Source: Perna viridis
Lineage: Eukaryota
Direction of reading: 5' to 3'
NCBI GenBank assembly: GCA_037379345.1
Contig: CM074520.1
Coordinates: forward strand, 8,804,001-8,868,000
Length of the DNA: 64,000 nucleotides
The position numbers and the translations under genes were made by a program. Below, piece by piece: positions 1-15,418 of the stretch (position 1 is the stretch's first letter; each line of letters starts with the position of its first letter). The notes under the pieces are model-generated. The model was not told the origin of the DNA. It made no database searches and saw only the letters and a list, made by a program, of their open reading frames with translations.

Positions 1-1659
1 AGTATGGTGCCAGAGTTTTTTTCTGCATCTATTATGCAGAGCCACTCAATATTGTGAGGCTTTATATGAGTATTCCATATCACTGGATTCCTGTTTAACG
101 AGTGTTAACGGTTTCTGATTTGCTTTGTTTTTCTAGTTTCCCTGAACTTGGTACTAAATTTTAAACACTGAATTATACAATTTTTACAGAACATGGGTTG
201 GTAGATGCTCGCTTGTAAACAGCCAAGCATATTTTTGGCTCTATGGGGTTTCCTTAAAAAAAAAACAAAAAAAAATTACTTCGCTAAATAATAATTTTTA
301 GCTGTTTATTAGATGAAGGACAATTAAAGGGACCTGATCTACATCTGAATACATTTAATGAATGTATTTAAGCAGTAAAAACAAAAATTGTGCCATCTGA
401 CGGATTAAAATCCTATAGTCATTGACCTGTATAGAAATTTCCCCAAGTTTTCATTTTTTGAGAAAAAACGAGATTTAAATTTACATTAAAGTGACAGGTG
501 CTGTAATGGATAGTCCTTTTAAAATTAGATTAAAGAGTTTTGTAAATGTCATTAAGAATTGGTTTTACGTGATAAATTCTTTATTACTTATAAACAATGA
601 TTTAAAACAAAAATTAAAATGTTTAAAAAAAAATATTGGTATGCACATAATTTTGTTTCTTAAATAAACATTGCCGTTGATAACTTTCAATTTGTTTTAA
701 AGCCACCTAAAAATATCTTGTTTATACAAATTCTAAATTCGCATTTTGATAAGTCTATTTTATCTTTAGTTTAATGCTGTTCTAATGTTTATTGGGTTTG
801 AAATGGAATAAAATCATCAGACCAACAAAGAGAAGAATTCATGAAATATACCACTTTAAAACCTGTACAAGAGACCAAAATAGCAATGAAAAAAGACAAA
901 CCGAAAATGATAGAGAATGGGAAAAAACACAAGTTTCATATTTAATTGATCACATGTACAAAACACGCATTTTTCTTAATTTCTCATTAAATATTTAAAA
1001 TTGGTGTTGCTTGCTTTGTTTTCAGTTATCTTAACAAATTATTATTCAAACTAATTTGCATGACTAAAATATTTTGTTTTCGTTTCAGTTGTATAAAGAT
1101 GGTAATAAGAGACTCGGTGTTATGCATGATTATCAGAGGATTGAGTTGTCGTACAAATCCCGTAAATGATAAGAGATTTTTAGTTCCCTTTGCTGTCCTT
1201 TGGTGTTTCCCACTTTTTTTTGTCATCCTTTGTTTCTTCTTACTATATTGTTTATAGTCGAATGTGTTATTTCATTGCCGTTACATACAAAATCCAACCA
1301 ATTTGATTCGAAAAAAGCTTTCGTTCTCATAATAAATCTACTGATGAGGTGTAATGTATTTATGATATCATTAATGATTTTTCTTACAAGATAATACACT
1401 TTACTTTTAATGATGTTGAATCATACTACTGCATCATTGTCTTTCCAATGGGTTTATATTCTGTTTGTGAAGAGATAGTAATATTAAGACAATCATCTGT
1501 TCTAGTTAACACAAGTCTGCTAGTATAAGACTCTGACCTATATTATAGGATGTCTTAATGTACATACAGTGTTTTGTCTCTCATGAGAAAGTTCAAAGAT
1601 CAAAGAAAACGACAGAAAATAAATACTAATGACAAAATCTCCAAATTACTTCAAGTTGA

Positions 1660-2160
1660 TTGGAACTTTTGTTGTCCATGTATCTACCTTGTATTGTTTT
1701 TGTTGACAACAGGGGTGGTCCAGTTACGTTTCGTGTATTACCTTGTTCCAGACAGACAATGATAAAGGTCATTGAGTATAGCTTAGGTGAACAAAGTTAT
1801 TCCATAATGCAGGCTTTACTATAGAAGTAGACATTTCTAGCGTGGTCTAATAAGTTAACGTTGCATTAGTAAATCGGTAATTGACTGCTTACAATGTAAT
1901 ATTTGTCCATGCGGACTATTAGAGGTCATATATATTGTCAGAACTACATTGTGTTTACCTTTCTCTGTATTACAAGCAAGTGACCCACAGATAAATTGTC
2001 TAGGGTTTTTGGGTTTACTATATAATTTGCTGATGTAACGACTTGTTGTCACATCAATGTGTATGATGTGTGGGAATGAGACCTGGCGTTAAGTCACGAT
2101 TGCCAAGTCGATCAATCGTCATCCTTCCAACACGTTTTTAGCGAGGCTGAACAGTATTAC
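1660..2160 (-). mobile_element. Possible highly decayed AP-endonuclease (EEP) domain relic of a LINE or Helentron
   Basis: Ordered degenerate motifs across frames: ..KTCWKDDD (ETW-like), VVLTIYMTSNS (IYRPP-like), CIME* (GDFN position) and KTIQGRYMD (PT..G..ID-like). Confidence 0.25.
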
Positions 2161-2249
2161 AATACACATGGAACCAGTCACATTCATGACTTAGTAATAA
2201 TCAACAAGTACGCAACCAAATGTCACATTTAATAGTCATATTGTGCTTT

Positions 2250-2419
2250 ATACATATGGTAATCATACGACCATTTACATAAGATTGTCATATGACTATT
2301 GTATGACTCTCATATGAGTCTTTTTGGTAGGTAACATATGTAATAATATCGCACTTGATTCATATTAAAATCGTATGTTGGACACCATATGATTTTCATG
2401 TGTGGCACTTTTTGCTGTG
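2250..2419. mobile_element. Truncated end of a related CACAG-type MITE
   Basis: tgtgtggcactttttgctgtg|ta is near reverse-complementary to the 54365 terminus; catatg-rich interior. Confidence 0.45.
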
Positions 2420-5400
2420 TAGTCGATATCGTATGTTACAATTTACGGATGCAGTAAAAAGACATGTAACAATAACAAGCTACAGTTTATCAAATGGTTA
2501 CTGATAACCTGCTAAATAACTGGCAATAGTTTCTTTACATATGCACTTCTGCAAAAAAGTACTGTGGATATCTTGGTAAATGTCTCTTAAAATTCTTATT
2601 TCTCCTTATTTTTGATATATAATAATTGTAGTAAACACACGATAGTAAGGAAGGAGAAAAAAAAAAGGAAAAAAGAAACTCCAAAAAGACTTCAGTCATC
2701 TAAACGGTGAAATAGTTTTTTTTTACAATTTGCTTCTCACGTTAGACCATAAAAAAGTTCTTTTTTACAGTAGCCACTTAAATATAATTTGCATGTGCGG
2801 TCAAATACAATAAATGCATTCCTAAAAATTCTTTGGTGACTTTTTTCTAGTTTAAAAAGTGACCAATTGTCAAATTTTCTGAAGAAGCGTTTGCTGTACA
2901 CATTGTCAATAAATCGTCACTAACAGTATACATTGTAGCACTTGGATAACTGTAGAACAAGCGACTTGTATTAGTACACTTAGGTCAGTCGCATGTTATT
3001 GTTATAAAATGGTACGAACATGTGTTCACATATCTTGTATTTTCTAGTTGTCATATGTTTCAAGTTTGTCGACACAGAACTTGCTTTTTTCTTTAGGCAA
3101 TGCAACCATGATGTTTGTCTTGCAAGACGCTTGCACTGCTTGAACCCGGGACCCCTGAGTCCATTCATGGTGTTTTTTTGGGGTTGAGCGTCTTGTTTTT
3201 TTTTGCATACCTTATTGTTTTTTTTTCTTTTTTGTAATATGCAACTTGTTTTTGTATTGTCTTTTGGTGTTATTGGCATTGCTATGTCTACAGATTTCCG
3301 TTTGTTTGTACTTGCGACATATAAGGTATTTTTCCGAATCTAAGCTTCTCATCTTTTGCGTAAAACGAACACTTCACAAGTTTTAATTCCCATACTTAGT
3401 AATAATTTTGTGAAATGAAAATATTGTACGTTTTGATTTCTGATGTGAGTTTTAGATATCATGTCAATGTCCTTGTATAAAGATTTTCTATTTTTTTTAT
3501 ATATATGTATACTGTTCTAACAAAAGTGCAGACGACAGGGAGGTAATGCAATTCATAAATGTAATGTTTTACATGCAGAAAATGAAAATTAGGCGAAAAC
3601 ATATAAAAGGCTATTGAAATTGCTATTAAAATTAAATGTTTCATAAATAACTGCGATTTTTTTTCAATAAACATATGCGAATGATGATATATTATTGGAA
3701 TATAAACGTCAATACGCTTTTGTCATAGTTATAAGTAAAAGGTCGACAGACACTTGAGCTTATAGCTAGTTATATGTATGCATTAATTACATGTATGAAG
3801 GAAAAAATAGAAAGAAAAAGAAAGACAAAAAGAGAAAAAAGGCACTATGTTATGTAATACTTCATTATAAACACACTGTCTTTTTAATGACGGATTGTTT
3901 TCCATATTTTGTAAAATATAACAACTAAAATGCAACAATTAACATGTTTTTATTTTATTTTGTCAAATTGTCGTTCTCTTATAATTAATGCCAAACGTAC
4001 TACTTTAATTTGTACACCTCAAGTACTTCATACATGCTCCGAATTTAGTTTTCTCTTCCTGGTTTAGTCGTAACACTAACTGAAATGCCTTATGAGTCTA
4101 AAAAGGAAGAAAATTAATTGAGCATCGTGTAAGAAATAAAAAAAAAAACTATTACCTACATGAAAGTCAGAGCAAATGTTAAAACGTTACTAATTAACCA
4201 GACATAATCACCTGTCATATGATATTATGCTAGGAGATATATTAAGGAAAACGACACAAACCATGACAGTTACAATGTATATCTTGCTGAATTTGTCTTA
4301 TCCTTCGCCAATGTTAAGGGATACAGAAAGTTATGCATTTCGACCGAATAACGTTTCGTAACAAGGTCATTTATCATCATCATAATACAAACTTTAAATT
4401 ATGTTGATAAATGTGAAAAATAATGTAAAATGTGTATTTTTTTTATCAGGGAATTACTCAAGGTTGTGCGCTGTCTACCTTAGTTTATGACTTTTAAAGT
4501 ATAATGTTAGATAACACATAAGAAAATACATGAACTTAAACGGTCATATTTGCATTACTCGATACATTATGTAGTACAATTTGGTCATATTTTATTGTAT
4601 GTGGTTTTTTGAAGAATAAAACTTAATAATCTGTTAAACTTTATCATAATAAGCTCGACTTGTATATTCATAAAAGCTAAAGATTCCCCCCGATAAATTT
4701 GGCCTGAGGCCAAATTATTTATTTCTTCATTTTGTGTTTTGAGTTTTTTCCTTATTTCCATTTGTATATTATTTTTAGTAGACACATGTATTGTATTTTT
4801 AAAATTTCAAGAGGCAACGTGGATTTGATAAGAGATTTATTGATGACACGGCCGTATAGCTAGTAAACATATATATATATATTGGACTTTCAATTCAAGA
4901 TTGATTACTATATTCTTTAAGGTAGATGATACCATTTACACATGGCATTCGTTTCTGTCATCTTGGAAACTCATACAGACTTGTATATTTTCAATTGATA
5001 GTGTTTGAAATGAAATTATGACTAAGAAATATGTATTATAAAATTAGAAACACTAATTGTAAAAAGCCTCTTCCAAAGGGAGGAATTTGGCCGTCTATCA
5101 GAGGAGATCATTGGCGGGAAAATGTTCTGTAGAAAATTTCATTGTAATGGGAACTTTAGTTGTTTTTAACATAACATGAAAAAGAGATCGGTGACCCCAA
5201 AATTTCTTTTTGAAATATGAAAGAATGTCAATTGAGTGTTCTTTATATAAAGTTAAAATAAATGTTATATACCAGATTTATCAGCGAAAATTTCCTACAG
5301 AATCCATATCAATTTTTGTTAAAAAATTGCCTGTATTAAAGTTGGCGACCTATGTTTTAACACTAAAATTAATAAATATGTTCATTAAAGATTATCTTCG

Positions 5401-8400
5401 AGAAAAACTAACAAAGTCAAAGAATTTATCTAATTGAATGTCAATGAAAAATTGAAAATTGTGTCTGTGCATGTGTTGAAAACGTTATTTCTAATGTTGC
5501 TGATTTGAGGTTACTCATTGAAACACGTGTACAACGTATCAAAATCTGCAACATTATATGATATGTAATTTTTTGTATTATATAACAACCACTTGGTCGA
5601 TGCTGGTGAACCGAATGTTCCCAAGGGTATTCACCAAGCTAGTGGTCTGACCCCGAATTATATCAGATTTTATTCATGATATTTATCCAAATTCGCAGTA
5701 TAACGCAGTGTTGTATCTTAAAGCATAGTATGTATTAAAATTGAAATTTCTTAAATTTGAATAAGTCAATAAAATCAAAATACGTATGCAATTGTGTTAT
5801 AATTTGTATCATAAGAACTCTATCAATCTTAGTGCTGTTCTTAACAAGTAGAAGAAGAAAATATCTGAAAAGATTTATCAAGAGCAGTGACTAGCAGCAA
5901 AACAAAGAGAAATCTTTAAAAATATATTAAAGAATATAATTAATATATTAAATAATTTTTACTAATTGAATGCTTCATTATATATACATGTATACGTACA
6001 TACATTGTTGTGTATTTCCCCCTTCCGGAGGACGCAAGTTTTGTCTGGTCCAAGCTGTTCGTTTTTGTGTTTATATTTTTAGGCCTTTTGTGTGTTGCTA
6101 CTTGTTCATTTGTTCTTCGTCCTTTGTGTTCCCGTCATTGGTTTATTCTTTCGTTTGTACCTTCGTTATTGGTACTTATCTTAGGACAATATATCAATCA
6201 AGTACTGTAATCGTACTTTGCATTTGATTTCAATATAAATGTTTCTTGAACGAGTCAAATGTTCCCTTATACTCGGATTGCCTGTCATTCAAGTAGAAGG
6301 TAATGTTTCATGGTATCCAATATCCGGGTTGTATAGACTTAAGAAGTTTATATTATCAATTTATAAAATCGAGGATTAGACTGACTTAGGCCATCTAGAT
6401 TACTGTCTTTAAACTTTCTGTTTGGTTAAGCTGTCATATATTAGTGATTCATCTTACAAGCATCGTAATATTTCTGATAAAATTGGTCATAAATTTTACG
6501 AAATTGTGCCATCTTTTCTGCTGTCTATTTACAGTATCAATCAATTGAAAATTTTAACGTCAACTTACATGTGTTTTACGACATTGCCACACGAATATTT
6601 CACGGCAATCTTGTATTATCTAGTAACTGTATGAATAGAAGGTAATGATAAATCAACAAAGGCTAATATTTCAGTAATAACATCATGTCTGACAACAATC
6701 TCTTTACAAATATGTGGACATAAGTAGCCATTGTCAATACAATGGTATTAAGACTGTATAAGCTAGAGTCAACTTCACTAGAAAAGTTCACAATATATGT
6801 TATTACATGTATTCTGGGATATTAACCATTTTGGGCCACTTTCGTTTTTAGGAACTAGCTCTCGATTTAAAGTAGGATTTAAGTGTTTATATGTCCGATT
6901 TTCTGGATTAAAAAAAAAGAAAGAAAAAAAAAACAAACAAAAACTCCAGTTTTGCGTTCCATTCAGTTCATTTCAATTACTGTAAATTTAATGTAATGTT
7001 TAGTTTCGTATTTGTTATTTCTTGTGTCAAAATATTGCCTCAGTTGTGTCTTTTTCTTGTGCTTCATGCTTTGGGATGTACAAGAATGTTGAAAATATTT
7101 GTTTACAATATAATTTGATTCGTAACATATCATAAGGTATACGATTGGTTGGTTCTTTTTGATCAAACCAGGTTTTATTGTATAACCTGGCTTGCTACTG
7201 TGACGTCATCAAAGTCGATTAGTCCGCATAATACAAAAAAAAATTAAATTAAATTAAATAAATAAATAAAATAACGTTTCGATTACGACAAATCTGAACT
7301 GAAGTCCATTAGAAATTAAATTGAGAGGAATATTTCTTATATTGATTGTAACTAAGAGTCAGCTTATTATACTGCCAGTTAATCTAAGTTGTGGAACCGA
7401 CCGGATGCCTGGCTTATCAGGTTAAATTCAAACTTGTGCAGTCGAATTTCTTGAGATTTGCCGTCTAAGGGCTATTACTATAGTACATAATTAATATTGT
7501 GACCAGGTTATAGGTCAAGACTCTGTTAATCCCCGTAAATTGACAGGTCAACGCGGGTGGGCGGGAAGAAGTTGTTATAGACGATAATTTGGGAGCAGGT
7601 AACCCGTTGGTTTAGGGTATGTTCTAAGACCATCATCAATATGAAAGTGACAATAAACACAAAAAGGACGGCACAGTCAAAGGCAAATGCACGAAATGTC
7701 GTAAATAAAAGTCTAAAATACCGAATAATCATCATAAATTGAAGTAATTTGATAGCAATTTTTCAAACATAAGGATAAATTCCTGAAAGAATATTCATCA
7801 AGGTTGAAAAGGACAGTTTTTATCTGATGGCTGGAGGTCAACAAAAAGATCAATTACTGTGTTGTACAGTTATTCAAATTGTTTATTTACTCTCACTAAC
7901 TTAGCCTTTTAAGCATTTTGGATTAAGTCTGGTATGAAAGTGTGGGATGTTCAATTTTTTGGTTTTTACAGATTTGTGTATATCTGCTTTCTTTGAACAA
8001 TTAATGGCGTATGTATTTCCACACATTACAAAATTTAATTCGAGCAATATAATTTGGAATATCTATTTTTCTAACCGTCTTTTGCAGGACAACTCTAGAA
8101 TATTTGTTCTTTTTCGCACTACTAAACAAAAAGAGGTCATCTGGAACTCCAATGCTAAACCCAGTAATTGTCGAACACTGCTTTCAATCGTAGTTTGTTA
8201 GAGTAACCATATTTCATTTGTACACTACGCCAAATTCAATGTTCTGTTGTTTACAGATAAAGCAATTATATGTATTGTCCTTAAATCATAAATGTTGAAA
8301 ATATACCACCGACTATGTCATTGTTATGAAAATTTTTATGTGTGTGATTATTATTTGAAACAATTATAAGACTGATATAGTTAACGAGAGCCGTATATCA

Positions 8401-8870
8401 AAAGTGTCACGAATTATTATGGGTTTATTGACGTCTTTGAAATACATCGATTAGTGCAAAAAATTGGCATTGATATACAATTTTTGTGTGTCAAAAATTC
8501 ATTTAGAGAATGTAATGGGAGTTCCAGACGTCAGATTATTTTCCTTTTCCAAACAAACATTTTTTTCAGAGTTACTAATGCATATTAATTAGGATATTTA
8601 AAATTACCCGCATTAAGAATTGTGTGCAAAGTGTTTTGATGTTACTAATTAAGAATATCATTTATCTATTTCCTTCTCCTTTGAAAAAAACCAAGGCCAC
8701 CGTCTCTTCACACTTTATATGTAGCTGTTATCTGGAACTAGTTTATAATGAGGTATAGTATATATAATACAACATGTCTTACTATTGTAACAAAATGTCA
8801 ATACAGATCATATCCTAAATTATTAACTAATGTGTTTAAATACAATAAGAATTGACCGGTTTATAGTTTT

Positions 8871-9060
8871 TTTATACAGAATTTATTGGTCTCAATATAA
8901 ATTTCAGTGGTCTTTATACAGAATTTACTGGTCTCAATATAAATTTCAGTGGTCTTTATACAGAATTTATTGGTCTCAATATAAATTTCAGTGGTCTTTA
9001 TACAGAATTTACTGGTCTCAATATAAATTTCAGTGGTCTTTATACAGAATTTAACGGTCT
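8871..9060. repeat. 42-bp tandem repeat, ~4.5 near-identical copies (dimer of 21-bp subunits)
   Basis: Unit tttatacagaattta(t/c)tggtctcaatataaatttcagtggtc. Confidence 0.95.
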
Positions 9061-12000
9061 TAGTATGGATTTTTTATATAGTATACTTTAGACTGATATA
9101 AAAGAAGCATTCACATTTGTAGCAGGACTTTGTTTTGACTGATGACTTAGCCTAGTTATTCACTAACTAATTTTAAATAACGGACGAACTTTGATATAAC
9201 TGAAACAATAAGAATCGATAATAAACCAACTTGTTCATATCTACTTTGTCAGTAAGATGCTGTTATCACAATGGCAATGCAATAACATTGTGTAAATATT
9301 ACAACTGTACGTAGTACACTGTGCACGCAGTAACAATGAAATTAATTCGTTTTACAGACATCTTAGTTATTTTCATTTTGTCAAACAATTATAGTTCTAA
9401 GAAGCGTTTTAGGAATTTGCGAAAAACAAAAGCAACCTTGCGAACTATACTCAAGTTTAAGGAACAACCAAATGCAATCGATATTTACAAGTATACTTGG
9501 CTAACGAGCTTTTAAAGATGTTGGTTTTCTTAGTTCAATTCGTACTTAAATCTCTGTACATTAATTTGTCAGTGTTTACAATCATGTTTTGTGAAAATCC
9601 GAAAATTAGAAGCACTTCAAAAACAATATACGTGTCTTTATTTTGTCTGGAACAGCGTAAACTTTAAAAGATTTTGTTTTCATGTTGTTCATGTTCTTTT
9701 TTCATACATTACACAATAATGGAACTTAATATGAAAAAAAATCAGATTCAAATGATTTATAATGTTTGTATTATTGTGCACGATGATATACTGAATAAGA
9801 CTCTTAAAACATTTGTATGAATTACATATCCCCACGATTTATGCTGTAAACGTGATACCAAACATTCTACATCAAATTAATTTTAATGATGGCATTTAAT
9901 ACATATGTTCAAAATATTTCACGGGTATAAAATAAACATTTTGATGAAACAGGAAGGATATCACTCATTGATTTGAAGATGCGAAGAAAAATGAAAAATA
10001 TGAATGACAAAAAAAATGAAACTTAATAGACAGAGGAGAAAAAGAAACTTAGAAAAAGAAACGGAACGAAACAAAACGCCAAAACGAGTTGTTTATAGGT
10101 TGTTAAAGGAATCAGATTTTACACTAATTTGATCTTAATAAAAATAAACATGAACACATTTTTAATATTGAGAAGTCCTGTGTTTACAAAGCAATAGAAT
10201 GACAGTTGACTACGGTTCATGATGGCCGTTACGTGCAGTCCATGATCAACTGATAATAGGAAATTCTTTTGGTAACAATCAAATGACAGGTATCTACATT
10301 GTTTTATTCAGAATAAACACCTGTTTTAGTAATTGAGACATTGATTAGACATGATGTATTATCATATATCCGTTTTGTAACCACCAAATCAAAGCCTGAT
10401 CAAATACCAATAAAGAACATTTGTGGTTTCCGGTGGAACGGACGTTTGCTGTTTCCAGTTCAAGTTCGATTTCATCCTTCAAATTACAAGAAATCGTTCA
10501 GGAAACAAGGAGGAAGCATTTTATGTGAATGAAATTCTATTAGACTGCTGAGAAATTTGATATTGTTATTGACAAACTGTTGTTTTAAATGTTTAATAAA
10601 AGATAGGTATTTGGTTGAGCAAGTTCTTTCACTAGAGACAAAAGCTAACGGATTTTGCTTGTCGGCACATTGAAAACTTAGCAAAGAGACGGTACGTGGG
10701 AAAAATCGTCAATGACAGGCAAAATAGAAATATTCCGGATAGTTTAACTTTTAAATGATAAAAACACAGATAATCCACTCAGTTAAACTCAAGGATGATA
10801 ACAATAGATCGTATGTCTTAGTAAAAAAGAGTAACTTAACACTAATGACTACGTATTGAACTATACATGTACCGCTGTGAAATGACCTAATAAAGGCTTG
10901 GCTGTGTGTACTTCTAAGTAGATTAAACGGGAGATCATAGAACTAACCGTGATCTATATTGAATTACTATTAATGGGCTGGAGGAATTTTAAATATAGAG
11001 CTGCTATTTTAATTACCTCATTTTATTAATTGATTTCGAACCGTTAAAAACAATAAAAATGTTATCTCTGTCAGTTTGAAAGAGAGTTCATTAATTAATG
11101 GACATAAACTTGACAATAAGCTGTATAACATTGTAAATTTTATACTGTTCAAGTGAGGTACCACCAACTAGAATTGTATTTACCAATATGTTTTAACACT
11201 AAGCATGTTCCTCAGTTAAAGTAATTCAATAAGCTTGAGAAAACACAGGATTATCAAACTTGACAATTACTACAATAGACATTTTTCTTTACGTAAATTC
11301 TCGTGAGCAATTATTGAAGTATCAATTTAATTCTCCTGCACTGTGGTCTTGCTTTTCACTTTATTTTAAATAATGGTCTTCTCGTTAAAATTGAAAATGT
11401 TATCTTAAAACTTTGAAGTTAGGCATTGCAGTGTTTGTTTTTCTATACGCATCTGTTGACTACCGCATCTTCCTGAGTCATTTTCCGATGACCTTTTCTC
11501 AAAAACGCTCATTTTATAACTCATATGCTATTATAATTTAAGTTTAGATCTAGATATGTTGCATATCTTTGGCATTTTAAAAGATTGTAGACACTCTTCA
11601 TTCAATTAATTAAAGGGCCATGCTTTACATTGTTATGAAAATCATTTTAGTGTTTTGCGTGCTATGTTCTGTCATGGATTGTTCGTGCGAAGCAAGAGTA
11701 CAACCTCACTTAATGGCATCACGGGACGACAGGTGCACGGCCTCAGCATTTTTAATGACTGCATAATGACAAAAGGCTGTGAAAAAATATCTATATATAC
11801 CGTTGAATTTTATGTTTGATTGTCTGAAGTTATGTACAAATGTACTATGCTACATTATAACAATGTATTGGCCATTTTATTGAGCACATTCACCATTCAT
11901 GCTTTATATGTAAATGAGCTAGATTAAGACATTTAGAGACCCCATACAAGGTGTTTATTTATGTTTGATCATCCTATATCCATTATTATTCCCTTTTAAC

Positions 12001-13234
12001 GCAAGAAAATGTAGTTTAAACAGCGAAGACTCGGGAATAAAATTTTTCTGTGATTAAAAAGTAGCAACATTACCGTTATTAATATTCATTTTTGATATTA
12101 CATATCTGATTGTATAAACATTACTGTAGCATTCTCCCTCCACAGTGAGCATGTTCCATCCTAGTGTCATGTAAATAAACCAGGTCACACTCCTGTCTGG
12201 TAACCTGTAAATCAGTACATATGTACGCTAAAGATACCTTTAATATGGACTAAGAATGTCCATTTCTAATATCACATACTCCCTACAACTGCCATTATTA
12301 TAAATGTTATTTCACAGGACCAAACTATCAATGAGCAACACAATGGGTGTCTTCCAAGAGGCAACAATACACCTAAAAATTAATTTGCTGTCTGTTTTTT
12401 TCTCTTCCATATCATCTTTTCGCCCACCGAGTTTCTTTCGGGTTTGTTTTCTTTTGGCATTGCCGAGCGTCTTCTTTTAACAAGTACCATTTCCACTCAT
12501 GTATTTCATGTAACAAATAGAAATCCACATGCTAATGAGAGTAGGACGAAAGTAAGTGATACATGATTGAAAAAGTCCAATAAAGTATCTTAATCACATA
12601 TCCATACAGTATGATGTCTAGAAACGGTATTATGTATAATGAATTCTTTTATCTTCGTTTTCGATTGCAAATTTAATCACTTTTCTAAGTTAGAATATTT
12701 GTTTGATGTGCATATATTTTTCATTTGCAAATGAAGGAAAAACTAACACATAAATACGGTATTCTATTTTTTTTTAAAATTCATGAAGTCATTATCTTGT
12801 CATGAGCATGTGGAATATTATATTACAGTGCTGAGTTGTTAACCCCATTCACGAACATTTATATTACCAAAGTATGAATCTGCGATATAGTATCATGTAC
12901 TTTAAAACTGAGTATCAAAGCATTATTCTGTATACATTTTTGATCAGTAGATCACACACAATCATGCATTTAACACCTTTCAAAAATACTGTACCATAGT
13001 TTTAATAATTATTCCAGCACACAACGATGATTACTGATTGCCACATCTGGGAGGCATATTGTAAATTGTTGAATTCATGTTTACGTTTGTATAGTTATAC
13101 GTTTCACAATATTACGTTACGGTGAGACAATATAAGTGATGCTGTTTCCGATTTAAAATAAGAGAACGTACACATATAACTTGGTGAATTAAAATTTAAC
13201 ATTAACATAGATGCAATAAAAAATAAAATAAAAT

Positions 13235-13245
13235 GAATAAATGAA

Positions 13246-13280
<35 letters not shown>

Positions 13281-13281
13281 A
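13235..13281. repeat. (TAAA)n microsatellite
   Basis: Directly visible. Confidence 0.9.
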
Positions 13282-15332
13282 TTACAAAATAAAATGAGAA
13301 AATAAACTAGATACTTTTATAAGACTCAAATGTGTAAATAATCTCAGATTTTGTTGACCCTCTGTTAGCCATGCCATGTTTTACAACATGTCTATCTAAG
13401 ATCTAGTTTGATGAATTTAAATGAGCTCTAATCTCAAAGCATCACTCAAAACGTGTCATCACTGACCGATAACGTCTGACCTCTTCCCCGTCTGTTATCA
13501 ACGTCTAAGGCGAATTGGGATATTGTTATGATTTAAAGCTAATCTACACACACGAACACGCGAACAACGTCATGTATTAATCGTGGTTTAATGTACAAAA
13601 CACCATCGGAGCCTAGCAATTTCAAAACTCGTCGGAATTCATCGTTAGCTTAAGTCCAATACATGTATATAGGAAGCCCGGGAACAATACCCATCATCGG
13701 ATACTATGGAATCGATCAACATTATTTCGGTGCAGACGAGACTGTTGTAATCAAGCATTTGTTAGAATAACATATATAGTGCATCTATCAAAGTTTGATG
13801 AAACAGATGTAGTACTAATAGTGATTTAGAATTCAAAATTTCGACCTAAAAGCAATAGTTACAAGTTTTAAGTTGGGCCCGTGTTTTTCGTTTTTCTGTT
13901 TGTACATTTATTTATTTCGTGTTGTATGACTTTGTGTTTTTATGTTGTCCTTTTGTTGTTTCTGGTATTGACCATGGAATACCCTTAATTGGTTTGTATC
14001 TTCACTAATGCTCCCTGGTGGGACAACATAGTGTACATGGAGGCATTGCTAGACTTACACTATATTGATATCAATATTAAACATTAAAAAATAGTTAAAA
14101 GCAACTAACTCGACTTTTTTGTCTATGTCTTGGTATATGTTGTACGACTTTCCCAAGATCTCTTTTATTATACCATATGAAAGATACAAAAAGGCAACCT
14201 TAGTCATATTACAATTATCGGAAACAAATGGATGAAGGATGATTATTAGCTTAATTAGTTACTCTATCGAGTAACGTCCCTACATAGTAACACAGAAATG
14301 CTTTTTAGCACTAAACAGTTCTATAAGGTGAAGTACCATGGTAATGGGTCCAGTCAAGGAGAAAACTTGACAACAGCCAGACAAATAGATGAATCACTGT
14401 TAGAAATTAATTACGTATCTGATATATATACAACACAATTGACGTCGTTTGAAGACTCTAAATTATTACTCATTACTTCACTGTGCCCATAATACTCAAG
14501 TGTAAAAGGACCCTTTTCAAAACTGCAAAATTATGCATCGGACAATGTCCACAGGGATTTAAGAAGTATATGGAATACTAGATATAGATATCAGTTTCCT
14601 TTACGCCCAAGGCCATTCGTGATGAAAAATAACTCTATCAATGGTATGAGTAACATTTTGGCTTTGTAGAATGAATTAATTAAGTAATCTTGGTAGAGAT
14701 CGTGTAAATAAAATGTCTAACATACAGTTTGGAAGTTTATCTGCGTTATTAACGTGTCTGAGAAGTTATCAGCGTGTTGTAGAAATGGTCGAGACTGTAA
14801 TCCTTATTTAGAACTGATGCTAATGCTCCTTGGTTCCAAGTCTGAATGAATCTGACAGGTTGGCATTTTGACTTGTCTAGTCACGAATCCTCGATTGTTC
14901 AGAAAAGTTCATCAACCATACTTAAATATTCCACACACCGTAAAAATCTTACAAGGTTTTTCTGTTAATTCTTCCATACATCTTTAGTCGAATTATTTTG
15001 TACTTAGTCAAGATATGTTTGGATATTGTCGCATCTTAAAAGAACGACATTTATCAATTGAAAAAAGGAACGGATATGGTGAAACGTAACAAATGCACCA
15101 GCATATAGCGTTAATACAAAATAGTGAAGACTTTCAGAGACCACTTAGTGTAAACACACCTTAAAGTAAATTCTGAAAGGCTAGATATATTCATTGATAG
15201 TCTTATATCTTAGACGAGGGTATTATCAATGTTAAAGGCAATATCACTTCCCATGGGCAGTCAATTTATCAAAAGTGCCCGCTACATAAACAACTATTGT
15301 GTTCATTTCCTCAAAGGACATTAAAAAGTGCA

Positions 15333-15418
15333 TTATTGTGTGGTGATGCCCTGGGTATTATTGTGTGGTAATGCCCTAGGTATTAGCGTGTGGTGATGCT
15401 CTGGGTATTAGCGTGTGG
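15333..15418. repeat. 25-bp tandem repeat, ~3.5 copies
   Basis: Unit ttattgtgtggtgatgccctgggta. Confidence 0.85.

Noticed and set aside
1341-1348. CTGATGAG hammerhead core motif
   Set aside because: No stem II followed by GAAA and no flanking stems.
14750-14880. Stop-free minus-strand stretch after an AG (DKSKCQPVRFIQTWNQG...)
   Set aside because: Poor polypyrimidine tract, no partner exons and no recognisable motif.
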